From Alphaproteobacteria bacterium (GTDB taxonomy: Bacteria; Pseudomonadota; Alphaproteobacteria; JABAAW01): 64,000 bases of DNA. The notes beneath the pieces are model-generated. The model was not told where the DNA came from. It searched no databases and saw nothing but the letters and a program-made list of their open reading frames with translations. The stretch is from positions 32,374 to 96,373 of the forward strand of contig JABACB010000001.1 of NCBI GenBank assembly GCA_014237925.1, in the 5' to 3' direction. Below are positions 47,202 through 55,714 of this stretch, piece by piece. Within the stretch, counting starts at the first letter, position 1, and every line of letters starts with the position of its first letter. The translations under genes were made by a program, and so were the position numbers.

Positions 47202-48394
47202 GCTCTTTGCAAAATCTTGTCTATTTGGACGCGCAAGCCTCGACGCCTTTGTGCGAGGAGGCGGCTTCGAGTATGCAGCGTTATGTCGAGAGCGATAGAA
47301 AGGGCGAGGGCGGAGTTGCAAGGCCGTTTGGCAATCCGCACTCGGCGGCGCACGCCGTGGGCTGGCGTGCCGCCGAGGAGGTGGAGAAGGCACGAGGCGC
47401 ACTCGCAGCCTTGCTCGCGGTGCGTCCGAACGAGATCCTTTTCACTTCGGGGGCAACCGAGGCGAACAACACGGCGATCAAGGGCGCGCTCACCCTGAGG
47501 CGCGAGAGGGAGGGCAGAGACGGAATCGTCACGCTGGCGAGCGAGCATAAATGCGTCCTAGAAGCCTGCCTGTACGCGCAGCGTCGGCTGGGCGCGAGAA
47601 TCACCATCGTTCCTGTAGAGCGCGACGGGCTTGTCGATATCGAGCGCGTCCGCAAGGCGATCGACGACAAAACCGCGTTGCTTTCGGTCATGGCTGCCAA
47701 CAACGAGATCGGCGTCTTACAACCGCTCGAAGAGCTTGCAGAAGCAGCTCATGCCAAGGGCGCTTGGATCCATACCGACGCAGCTCAGGCTTTGGGAAAG
47801 ACGGCGTTCGATTGCAAAAAGATCGATCTGGCGAGCTTCTCCGCCCACAAAAGCTACGGTCCGATAGGCATCGGCGCGTTGTATGTCGCGCATCGACGCC
47901 GAGTCGCTTTCGAACCCTTGCTGCACGGGGGAGGGCAGGAGGGGGGGGTGCGTTCGGGAACGCTCTCGCCGATGCTGGCAGCAGGATTCGCAGGCGCGGT
48001 ACGCATGCTGACAGAGCATGGCGTGCGCGACAGAATCCGTCTGCAGGGGCAGACCAAGTTGTTCTTGAAAACTTTAGAGAGAGGGGGAGGGGATTTCCGA
48101 ATCAACGGCGCCGAGCGCCCTCGGCTTGCGGGAAATTTGAGCCTCAGCTTTTCGGGGGTGAGCGCAGAGGTTTTGCTGTCTCGTTTGTCGGGGTTTTGTT
48201 TTTCGACAGCCGCTGCTTGCAGCGGCGGCGGCGGGGAGGAGGGGTCGCATGTTTTGCGGGCAATCGGCTTGCCTGAGACAGAGCGGGCGGCGAGCGTGAG
48301 AATCGGGCTGCATCGCTATCTGGAGGATGCAGAGGTTGTGGCGGCGGCAGAGGCGTTTGTCGAGGCGGTGCGGAGGGGCGGAGGAAAAGAATAA
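47198..48394 (+). CDS. cysteine desulfurase (IscS/NifS family), second paralog
   Basis: SAHKSYGPIG PLP-Lys motif and a conserved active-site Cys loop region. Overlaps the upstream gene by 4 nt. Confidence 0.8.
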   Translation: MSSLQNLVYLDAQASTPLCEEAASSMQRYVESDRKGEGGVARPFGNPHSAAHAVGWRAAEEVEKARGALAALLAVRPNEILFTSGATEANNTAIKGALTLRREREGRDGIVTLASEHKCVLEACLYAQRRLGARITIVPVERDGLVDIERVRKAIDDKTALLSVMAANNEIGVLQPLEELAEAAHAKGAWIHTDAAQALGKTAFDCKKIDLASFSAHKSYGPIGIGALYVAHRRRVAFEPLLHGGGQEGGVRSGTLSPMLAAGFAGAVRMLTEHGVRDRIRLQGQTKLFLKTLERGGGDFRINGAERPRLAGNLSLSFSGVSAEVLLSRLSGFCFSTAAACSGGGGEEGSHVLRAIGLPETERAASVRIGLHRYLEDAEVVAAAEAFVEAVRRGGGKE

Positions 48395-48546
48395 GAAAGA
48401 GGAGAAGGAAAAGGAGCAGGATGAGAAGGAGCAGGGACAAAGGGGACGAAGGGGGGGCAGTTGTTTTTCTTGCCATGTGTTTGGGGATAGGCTAGAGGGG
48501 GTTTGGATTTGTTTTTGTCGAACGGATATTTTTTGGGAGAGGGGGG

Positions 48547-48864
48547 ATGGTGAAAATTGTTTTTCTTGAGCGGGATGGGAATCGCAAGGAATGTGATACG
48601 GCATCGGGTGTGACGATGTTGGAGTTGGCGCATGAGAACGATGTGGACATCGAGGGTGTTTGTGGCGGGTCGCTGGCTTGTGCGACCTGTCATTTGCATA
48701 TTGAAGAGGGGTGGCTCGGCAAGTTGGAGGCGGCGAGCGAGGAGGAGCTGGACATGATGGAGCTGGCTTACGACAGGCGAGAGAATTCGCGCTTGGGGTG
48801 TCAGATCGTCGTGACGGAGGCGTTGGACGGCTTGACGGTGTCCTTGCCGAAGAAAGAGTTTTGA
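48547..48864 (+). CDS. fdx: 2Fe-2S ferredoxin (adrenodoxin/FdxB type)
   Basis: CGGSLACATCH...C cysteine ligand pattern, 105 aa. Confidence 0.8.
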   Translation: MVKIVFLERDGNRKECDTASGVTMLELAHENDVDIEGVCGGSLACATCHLHIEEGWLGKLEAASEEELDMMELAYDRRENSRLGCQIVVTEALDGLTVSLPKKEF

Positions 48865-48950
48865 GCGAGAATATCTCTGCTCGCTTGCGCTTTTTAAGGA
48901 GCGCGCTCCTGCCTCGCATAACCTCCATACAATTCATATCATAAAGAAGT

Positions 48951-49006
48951 GTATCTGTTGCGCGAGCGCGTGCCATCAAAAGCACGAGCGCTCGCGCAAC
49001 AGATAC
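48951..49006. terminator. long near-perfect inverted repeat (about 23-bp stem, 8-nt loop) between convergent fdx and glycosylase genes; probable bidirectional terminator
   Basis: GTATCTGTTGCGCGAGCGCGTGC-catcaaaa-GCACGAGCGCTCGCGCAACAGATAC. There is no flanking U-tract, so terminator function is inferred. Confidence 0.4.
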
Positions 49007-49097
49007 GCATAAACCACCCAAACAAAAACTAACAAACAGAAACAGACTCGCACAAAACATCCTCCCCCCCTAAACGCAAACACACATAACTTTCCCC

Positions 49098-49772
49098 CTA
49101 CAACCCCTCGTCGTCAGGTTTCCTATCCCCACGCTTCTCTATCCCATAGCCTCGCCACAACAACAACGAAACATAACTCCGATACGGACTCCATAACTCC
49201 GCATAACCCCGCGCCTCACCCTCGTCCAAAACACCCCCACCCCCAAGACCCAACAACGCCATCCCCCCACGCAACGCCAAATCTCCCGCAGGAAAAATAT
49301 CACGCCGTCCCTCCGCAAACATCAAATAAATCTCCGCCGTCCATAACCCAATTCCCGCATAGCTACATAACAATTTTATCGCCTCAGCATCTCCCAGCGC
49401 ACCTATCATCGACGCATCCAACAAACCTTCGACAAAAGACCGCGCTAACGCACGAACATAACTCGCCTTCCGCCGAGACAACCCCAACCGACACAACCTA
49501 ACCTCCGTCATACGAGAACAACGCTCCGCCTCAAACGCTCCCGCCTCGCGCAGCCGAACACAAATAGCCTCCGCAGCATAACGAGACAACTGCTGACCGA
49601 CGATCGCACGCAACAAAGTCGGAAAACCCGCCTCCGACAACCTCGCGCACGGATACCCCCACCTCGCCAATCCACGCTTGACAACAACATCCCGCCGCGA
49701 AAGAACACGCAACCCTCGCCTTATCGTAGCGTTCGCCGCATCGACACTCAAAGAAGACATCCTCCCCTCCAC
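49098..49772 (-). CDS. HhH-GPD DNA glycosylase (3-methyladenine glycosylase II-like)
   Basis: Helix-hairpin-helix region GIGLWTAEIYLMF followed by a catalytic Asp (FPAGDLAL). Confidence 0.65.
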   Translation of the reverse strand: MEGRMSSLSVDAANATIRRGLRVLSRRDVVVKRGLARWGYPCARLSEAGFPTLLRAIVGQQLSRYAAEAICVRLREAGAFEAERCSRMTEVRLCRLGLSRRKASYVRALARSFVEGLLDASMIGALGDAEAIKLLCSYAGIGLWTAEIYLMFAEGRRDIFPAGDLALRGGMALLGLGGGGVLDEGEARGYAELWSPYRSYVSLLLWRGYGIEKRGDRKPDDEGL

Positions 49773-49787
49773 ACCTTCACGATAGCA

Positions 49788-51323
49788 CTAGGAAAAAACA
49801 TACTCCGAAACAACAGACGAAACCTCGCAAGACGACAGAGCAACTCGAAAATCCTCCTTCACGCGCTCCATCGCTTCCCTGTCCTCCCCCTCGCAACGCG
49901 CGACTAGCCCATCCTCAAACCGAGAAACCCGAACAATCCATCTCCCGTAAGAAAACTCCCGCTCAACTTCCTCCGTAGAGACACTCGCAGATACATTCGT
50001 AGACGCATCGCCCAAACTGCCATCTCCCGCCTCAACACAAGACTCCGCACAAGAGTCAACATAAGCGCGCAACTGCATCAACAAGACATCCTTGTTGTAA
50101 AGCCCCCCCCCCTCCTCTGTCCTTGCAACAAGAACCCGCAACAACTCCGAAACCCCTCTCGTCGAAGGCACGGCACGCAGAGCCTCCAAACGAATCGAGC
50201 TCATAGCCACCCCCGAAAGAAAACGCAGCGCAACATAAAACGCATCCTCAAACGGATAGTATTTGTCGCACAAAGCGATATGACCGTCGCAAGAAAAGGT
50301 CGAACAAGAAGAAGAGGAGAAGTCACCTCGTTGCGATGCCACTCGATCGGAAGACAGACAAGCGAGCATCTCCGCCCCGAACTCCGAACAGCGCACGACG
50401 CGCACACCCCAAGATTCCCACTCTCGAACCGCTTGCCTTTCCGCCAGCCCGTCCGCAAGCACAACACGCTGCGCAACACGCTGCGCAACATGCTTGCCCG
50501 CAGAAACATCCCCCCGCAACAGCAAGCCGAACAGCTCCTCTGGCGAAAGCTCCCTCCCCCCGACGAAAGCTTGCAACGCCGTCCCGTCGCTGTTGAACAG
50601 AAAACCCACCTGCTCGCGTTCCTCGCGCAGCGCGAGACGCAACGCAGCAACATCCTCCAGCACCAGCACTTGCTCTGCATGCGCCGAAAGCTTTTTGGCA
50701 ATCGCCTCCAACACCCCCTCTGAACTCCCATACGCGCTTTGCGCCAACAGCACGCGCGGTAGCAAACGCCGAACCCTGTTTTCGCCGCCTGCTGCGCCGT
50801 CGTCTTGCCGCCACGCGGTCTCGGCGAAAAGACGCATCGTGTAGGCGTCCACGCCCTCCGATTTTGCAAGCCGCCCCCCCGAAGCCTTGCGCCAGCTGCC
50901 GTTCGCAGCAATGTTGCGCAACCGCAACGCGCGCTCCGCGTCCAAAGCCGAGTTCTCAAGAAAAATCTTCACACCGCTGTGCGTCTTAGGCAAGGAGCCG
51001 CGCGACACCGAAAGAGCAACCTGCGCATGCAACTCGGTTGCCGCAAAGCGCACCAACGGCGCAGGAGAGACCGCGAAAGAAAGGACTCGAACTCCACACT
51101 CCAACAACCCTCGCACAACCTCGCTCTCCAAAGGCACGGAGAGAGGATGCGAATCCGAAGCGACGCAGGCATAGACAATAGGATGCCGATGCTGCAGAAA
51201 AGCACCGACCGCCTTGCCTAGAAAGTAGCCGTCGGCGAAATCCAAGCTCTCGTCCAAAGTGCCGAACATTCCCTGCTCGCCGAAAAGGCGCGATTCCAGA
51301 CGATACCCGTCTTCTCCGACCAC
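49788..51323 (-). CDS. phosphohexomutase (PGM/PMM)-family protein, divergent active site
   Basis: Domain I pattern GLLECGVRVLSFAVSPAPLVRFA...ALSVSRGSLPKTHSGVKIF aligns to G..V..G...TP...FA...ITASHNP..NG.K. The Ser is retained but the HNP motif is lost. Confidence 0.5.
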   Translation of the reverse strand: MVGEDGYRLESRLFGEQGMFGTLDESLDFADGYFLGKAVGAFLQHRHPIVYACVASDSHPLSVPLESEVVRGLLECGVRVLSFAVSPAPLVRFAATELHAQVALSVSRGSLPKTHSGVKIFLENSALDAERALRLRNIAANGSWRKASGGRLAKSEGVDAYTMRLFAETAWRQDDGAAGGENRVRRLLPRVLLAQSAYGSSEGVLEAIAKKLSAHAEQVLVLEDVAALRLALREEREQVGFLFNSDGTALQAFVGGRELSPEELFGLLLRGDVSAGKHVAQRVAQRVVLADGLAERQAVREWESWGVRVVRCSEFGAEMLACLSSDRVASQRGDFSSSSCSTFSCDGHIALCDKYYPFEDAFYVALRFLSGVAMSSIRLEALRAVPSTRGVSELLRVLVARTEEGGGLYNKDVLLMQLRAYVDSCAESCVEAGDGSLGDASTNVSASVSTEEVEREFSYGRWIVRVSRFEDGLVARCEGEDREAMERVKEDFRVALSSCEVSSVVSEYVFS

Positions 51324-51343
51324 CTCCTTCTCTCCTCCTTTCG

Positions 51344-51880
51344 TCAGCCGCTCAGCAACACATCGCGTGCCGCGTTCAGCTGGCTTGCAAGCTTCGAATC
51401 GCCGCCCACATCGGGGTGGGCTGCGCGCATCTTATGGCGAAACGCGCGTGTGATCTCTTCCTTGCTCGCCCCCTCGGAGACCTCCAGCAGCCGCGCCGCC
51501 TGTCTGCGCGTCATCGTGCTGCCGCGCCGCGCTCGCCCCTCGCGTTGCCTCCCGCTTTGCGCTTGGCGGAAGAAAGAATCGAACTGGCTACGAAGCCTTT
51601 CGTTGAACCTCCCTGCTCCTCCACTGACCCCTCGGAACAAGTTGTAGAAAAGCATGCCTCGCCGCAGCCAAGCGAACAGCCCCAGCAATCCGATCCAGGC
51701 GGCGTGAAACTTGCCGGTCGCAGCAAACCACACGCCGAGCGCGAGCAACACTCCGCCCAAGGCGTAAAGCCCGAGCTTGCGCCACCGCTCGCGTGCGGCG
51801 AGGTCTCCTTGTTGCGTCAGCCCGCGCCACACTTGCCACAACAAGAAGACGGCAACGAGCCCGATGACGATGCGAATCAT
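51344..51880 (-). CDS. J-domain (DnaJ-like) membrane protein
   Basis: N-terminal TM helices. C-terminal J domain with HPD (AFRHKMRAAHPDVGGD). Confidence 0.6.
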   Translation of the reverse strand: MIRIVIGLVAVFLLWQVWRGLTQQGDLAARERWRKLGLYALGGVLLALGVWFAATGKFHAAWIGLLGLFAWLRRGMLFYNLFRGVSGGAGRFNERLRSQFDSFFRQAQSGRQREGRARRGSTMTRRQAARLLEVSEGASKEEITRAFRHKMRAAHPDVGGDSKLASQLNAARDVLLSG

Positions 51881-51992
51881 GGAAGAATCAGGTGTGGATC
51901 ACGAGGGCGGGTGTTTTTCTTTGTGGAAAAAACATTGCATGAGAGGAAAAAAACTTGACACAGGTTATTGTACGCTGTAAAACGAAAAACAA

Positions 51993-52120
51993 GATAGGCG
52001 ACGGCAAAATAGGCGACGGCAAAATAGGCGACGGCAAGATAGGCTTCTTCGCAGGAGGGCTATAAACCATTCCTTTGCACCGTTCCTTTGCACCATTCTT
52101 TTGGATCGTCCTCTTGGCGA
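51993..52120. repeat. tandem repeats upstream of glnA: gcgacggcaaaatag x3 and cattcctttgcacc x3
   Basis: Direct reading. They sit in the glnA 5' region and may be regulatory. Confidence 0.8.
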
Positions 52121-52221
52121 GAGCACTCTGCTGAGAACACTTTTTTGGCTTTCCCTCACCCCTCATCTCCTCCTATCTCCCTCCCCTTCACACTCTACTC
52201 TCACCTTACAGGAGTTCTCCC

Positions 52222-53622
52222 ATGCCCGAAAGTATCATGAAAACCTTAAAAGACAAGGAAATTGACTATGTCGATCTGCGCTTTACCGATCTCCGCGGGA
52301 AGTGGCATCACACGACGCAGCATGTCTCGACGATCGACGCGTCGTTTTTCGAGGAGGGGGTGATGTTCGACGGCTCGTCGATTGCGGGCTGGAAGGACAT
52401 TCACGAATCGGACATGGTGCTGCATCCCGATCCTTCGACGGCATTCGTCGATCCGTTTACGGCGCAGAACACGCTCGTGCTGGTCTGCTCGGTCAAAGAC
52501 CCTGCTCACGGCGACCTTTACAACCGCGACCCTCGCTCGATTGCAACACGGGCGGGCGACTATATGCGCTCTAGCGGCGTTGCCGATACCGCCTACTTCG
52601 GTCCTGAAGCGGAGTTCTTCGTCTTCGACGATGTGCGCTTCACTGCGGAAAGCCACCGCATTGTTGCCCAGATCGATTCCGAAGAAGGGCCCTACAACAG
52701 CGCGCGCACCTACGAGGAGGGCAATTTCGGACACCGTCCGAGACCCAAGGGCGGCTATTTTCCCGTCCCCCCCGTCGATTCGGCTTTCGACTTGCGCTCC
52801 GAGATGGTGACCACCATCAAGTCGTGCGGCGTCGAAGTCGAGAAGCATCACCACGAAGTGGCTCCTTCGCAGCACGAGATAGGAATTCGTTTCAATCGTC
52901 TGCTGACGATCGCCGATCACATGCAGATCTACAAGTACTGCGTACAGATGGTCGCGCATTCCTACGGCAAAACCGCCACCTTCATGCCGAAACCCGTCTT
53001 CGGCGACAACGGATCGGGCATGCATGTCCATCAGTCCTTGTGGAAGGGCGGCAAGAACGTCTTCCTGGGCGAGGGCTATGCCGACTTGTCCGAGACAGCC
53101 CTACACTACATCGGCGGAATCATGAAGCATGCACGTGTGTTGAACGCGTTCGCCAATCCGACGACGAACAGCTACAAGCGGCTGGTGCCGGGTTTCGAGG
53201 CGCCCGTGCTGCTGGCATACTCGGCGAGAAATCGCTCGGCGGCTTGTCGTATTCCTATCTCGCCCAAAGCGGCGCGGCGCGTAGAGGTGAGGTTTCCCGA
53301 TCCTTCCGCCAATGCCTACCTTGCCTTCGCTTCGATGTTGATGGCGGGGTTGGACGGAATCGAAAACAAAATTCATCCTGGCGAGCCGCGCGATCAGGAT
53401 TTGTACGCTCTGAGTCGAGAGGAGCTAGACAAGATTCCGAATGTTTGCGGCTCCTTGCGGCGTGCGTTGGATTCGCTGGATGAGGATCGTGCCTTTTTGA
53501 CGAAGGGGGGGGTGTTCGACGACGACATGATCGACGCTTATATCGGGTTGAAGCGAGAGGAGTTGGAGCAGTATCAGAGCATGCCGCATCCGATCGAGTT
53601 TCAGCTGTATTACTCGGTCTAG
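52222..53622 (+). CDS. glnA: glutamine synthetase type I
   Basis: 466 aa, full GSI homology including the adenylylation-site region ([17 protein letters not shown]). Confidence 0.9.
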   Translation: MPESIMKTLKDKEIDYVDLRFTDLRGKWHHTTQHVSTIDASFFEEGVMFDGSSIAGWKDIHESDMVLHPDPSTAFVDPFTAQNTLVLVCSVKDPAHGDLYNRDPRSIATRAGDYMRSSGVADTAYFGPEAEFFVFDDVRFTAESHRIVAQIDSEEGPYNSARTYEEGNFGHRPRPKGGYFPVPPVDSAFDLRSEMVTTIKSCGVEVEKHHHEVAPSQHEIGIRFNRLLTIADHMQIYKYCVQMVAHSYGKTATFMPKPVFGDNGSGMHVHQSLWKGGKNVFLGEGYADLSETALHYIGGIMKHARVLNAFANPTTNSYKRLVPGFEAPVLLAYSARNRSAACRIPISPKAARRVEVRFPDPSANAYLAFASMLMAGLDGIENKIHPGEPRDQDLYALSREELDKIPNVCGSLRRALDSLDEDRAFLTKGGVFDDDMIDAYIGLKREELEQYQSMPHPIEFQLYYSV

Positions 53623-53652
53623 GGAGGAGCAAGGACGAGCCTGCTTTTTCAA

Positions 53653-53683
53653 TCCGCGCGTGCGCGCATAGTGCACGCGCGGA
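53653..53683 (+). terminator. GC-rich hairpin (11-bp stem) 30 nt after the glnA stop
   Basis: TCCGCGCGTGC-gcgcatagt-GCACGCGCGGA. No U-run. Confidence 0.3.
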
Positions 53684-53817
53684 CTGAAGCTCCAAGGGAG
53701 CGTAGGAAGAGGTTTGTGGAGCAAACGGAATAGAGGAATAGAGGAATCGGTGCCGATCAAAGACTTATGGTGGCAAAATTCTTTTCTGTTGGAGCGCGTT
53801 CAGTTTTGTATAGCGTT

Positions 53818-54555
53818 TTATTTTTCTCCGTTAATCAGGGTTCGCAGTTTTGTTCCCAATTCGTTACTCTTAAACCAGCAAGGGTCTTTTTCCATGAGTA
53901 CGGTAGGTGTTCTTGGGATAACGCCGGAGCTGTCTGCTATTGAGGCAGGGAGACAAAGACGCCAATCGTCGTAAGAAGCTCTTATAAGATTTTCATCTGT
54001 TTCTGTTTTATAAAATTCTTTTAACCAAAGAATCACTTCTTTGTCAGCAATCAGATGCAGTCCTCTGTCCAATGATTTTCCCTTAAAAATTGCGTTGGAA
54101 GAGTTGCACAAAAGCAAGTCGAAATCTTTCACGGTATATCGATCGTTCGTTGTTCCTTGTAATTTTAGGTTGCTGCGTGATTTATGACACTTAACCTTAA
54201 AATACGGCACGTTTTTATCTCGTCCCGATGTTCTCAAACTTCCACGCACGGCATTTTTTGTCTCAGCTTTTAATCGTGTTCCTGTTCTGCGGAAAGTAAT
54301 GCTTATATCCTCGTCGTATTGATTTTGCTGAGGATTAAGATTAAGTTTTTGTACATCCCAGTCTCTAGCATCCAAAACTTGTCGAAGAAATGCTGCCCCA
54401 ATATACTCTGTGGCTTTTCCTCGAATCATGGGCAATACTTTTTGATCTTCCAGTATATCAAGCAAGTTTTCTAAAGGTATATTGTATGTTTTACAATATG
54501 TCTTTATACTGTCGTAGATGACGAAGTCCTCTTTACTTTTTGTGTTTTCAGACAT
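53818..54555 (-). CDS. uncharacterised 245-aa protein coupled to the Dam-family MTase; candidate type II restriction endonuclease or defence effector
   Basis: Low-GC, K/N/I-rich ORF whose start overlaps the MTase stop by 8 nt. Possible PD-(D/E)xK-like YDED...AETK. No family recognised. Confidence 0.4.
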   Translation of the reverse strand: MSENTKSKEDFVIYDSIKTYCKTYNIPLENLLDILEDQKVLPMIRGKATEYIGAAFLRQVLDARDWDVQKLNLNPQQNQYDEDISITFRRTGTRLKAETKNAVRGSLRTSGRDKNVPYFKVKCHKSRSNLKLQGTTNDRYTVKDFDLLLCNSSNAIFKGKSLDRGLHLIADKEVILWLKEFYKTETDENLIRASYDDWRLCLPASIADSSGVIPRTPTVLMEKDPCWFKSNELGTKLRTLINGEK

Positions 54556-55600
54556 TTAAGCCACAGCTGTAATTTTGGATAAAAATTTCGGATCCTTTGG
54601 TACGTTTGCTTTTATATCCGTCCTTTTTCTTTCTTCCGTTTTTTTGGTCGTCGGTTCTATTGATAGTGTAATTCCATTGGTGTGCGTGTATTTTATCGAC
54701 CCACTGATACAAATGACGTACATCGTTATGGTCGTCGTAAGTTAGCAAAAACTTGAGCCTCGTGGAATTGCGTTGCAGACAATCCGCCAACCGCTTATGG
54801 TCGTGAGATGAAAAAGTGCAATTATAAAATTTTTGCTGATCCGCGTTGTAGTAGGGAGGATCTACGAAAAGAAAGCTTTCGTCGGGTTGTTTGTCAATAA
54901 TGTTCTCAAAATCACAGCTCGAAAGTTCTGTGTTTTGCAGCTTGTCAGATACTGTTCTCAGATGCGGTCCCCAGTTGCAGGGACGCATAGAGTACTTGTC
55001 GCCAAAGCCCCAATAACAGTTTTCGAAGCGCATAATGCCGCTGTAGGATGTTCGATTTAAATAAAACCATCTGAATGCTCGTTCTAAATTGTTCCGAGGG
55101 CGATACATGTCTTTGTAATAGGTATGGAGCTTCTTGTTAGCTTCTATGTTGCCAAATTTTTCTATCAGAAGCTCTACATTGTCTCGAATCTGTTTTAGTG
55201 TATTGACGATCTCCCAATCCAAATCATTTAAAATCGAATGCTTTGCAGTTTCCTTGGCAAAAAATATCGAAGCCCCCCCCGCAAAGGGCTCGCAGTAATA
55301 TTCGTGTTGCGGTATTAAACCCAGTATCAGCTTTCTTGCGTAAAATTTACCACCAGGGTAGCGGAAGGGAGAATTAGATTTGCCCGATTTGACAGCTTGC
55401 CGATCCTTTTGTTGTTGATGAATTTTACCAAGATGACAATTAACCTTTAACCATCGTTGTGCATCGGTGCAACGATCCTTAAAAGATTTTCTAAAAAAAT
55501 CTTTTGTGAAGGAAAAGTCTTGACCAACATCGTCATTGCCAACCAAATATCTTGGATGGCGTTTGTTGTCGATTCTGTCGTGTTCTTCGTTCTGTGCCAT
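54548..55600 (-). CDS. DNA N6-adenine methyltransferase, Dam/M.EcoRV family
   Basis: FRYPGGK (Dam motif), EPFAGGASIFF (SAM-binding FxGxG) and LFVDPPY (DPPY). Clear similarity to M.EcoRV segments. Has an N-terminal extension of at least 75 aa. Embedded in AT-rich DNA. Confidence 0.8.
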   Translation of the reverse strand: MAQNEEHDRIDNKRHPRYLVGNDDVGQDFSFTKDFFRKSFKDRCTDAQRWLKVNCHLGKIHQQQKDRQAVKSGKSNSPFRYPGGKFYARKLILGLIPQHEYYCEPFAGGASIFFAKETAKHSILNDLDWEIVNTLKQIRDNVELLIEKFGNIEANKKLHTYYKDMYRPRNNLERAFRWFYLNRTSYSGIMRFENCYWGFGDKYSMRPCNWGPHLRTVSDKLQNTELSSCDFENIIDKQPDESFLFVDPPYYNADQQKFYNCTFSSHDHKRLADCLQRNSTRLKFLLTYDDHNDVRHLYQWVDKIHAHQWNYTINRTDDQKNGRKKKDGYKSKRTKGSEIFIQNYSCGLNV

Positions 55601-55714
55601 CTCTACCGCTCTATTTGCCAAAGGCATTGCCAAAGAAACTTGAAAAAAAGTAGCGCCAGAAAAAATCCTTGTCAACATAAAATATCTCCATCTCAAGCCC
55701 CTTGCGTCTCCATC

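Larger units (their letters stand above)
53740..55705. other. AT-rich (roughly 35–40% GC) horizontally acquired island carrying a two-gene methyltransferase plus partner module
   Basis: Abrupt compositional drop relative to flanking glnA and ppdK (above 60% GC). Inserted between convergent 3' ends. No integrase or transposase. Confidence 0.7.

Noticed and set aside
52080-52140. Sigma-54 (-24/-12) promoter upstream of glnA
   Set aside because: The best TGGC...GC candidate has the wrong spacing (14 nt instead of 12). No convincing element was found by eye.
53714-53974. 86-aa plus-strand ORF in the island
   Set aside because: It overlaps the 3' end of the coupled 245-aa gene on the opposite strand and has no start or RBS support. 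It is probably not expressed.
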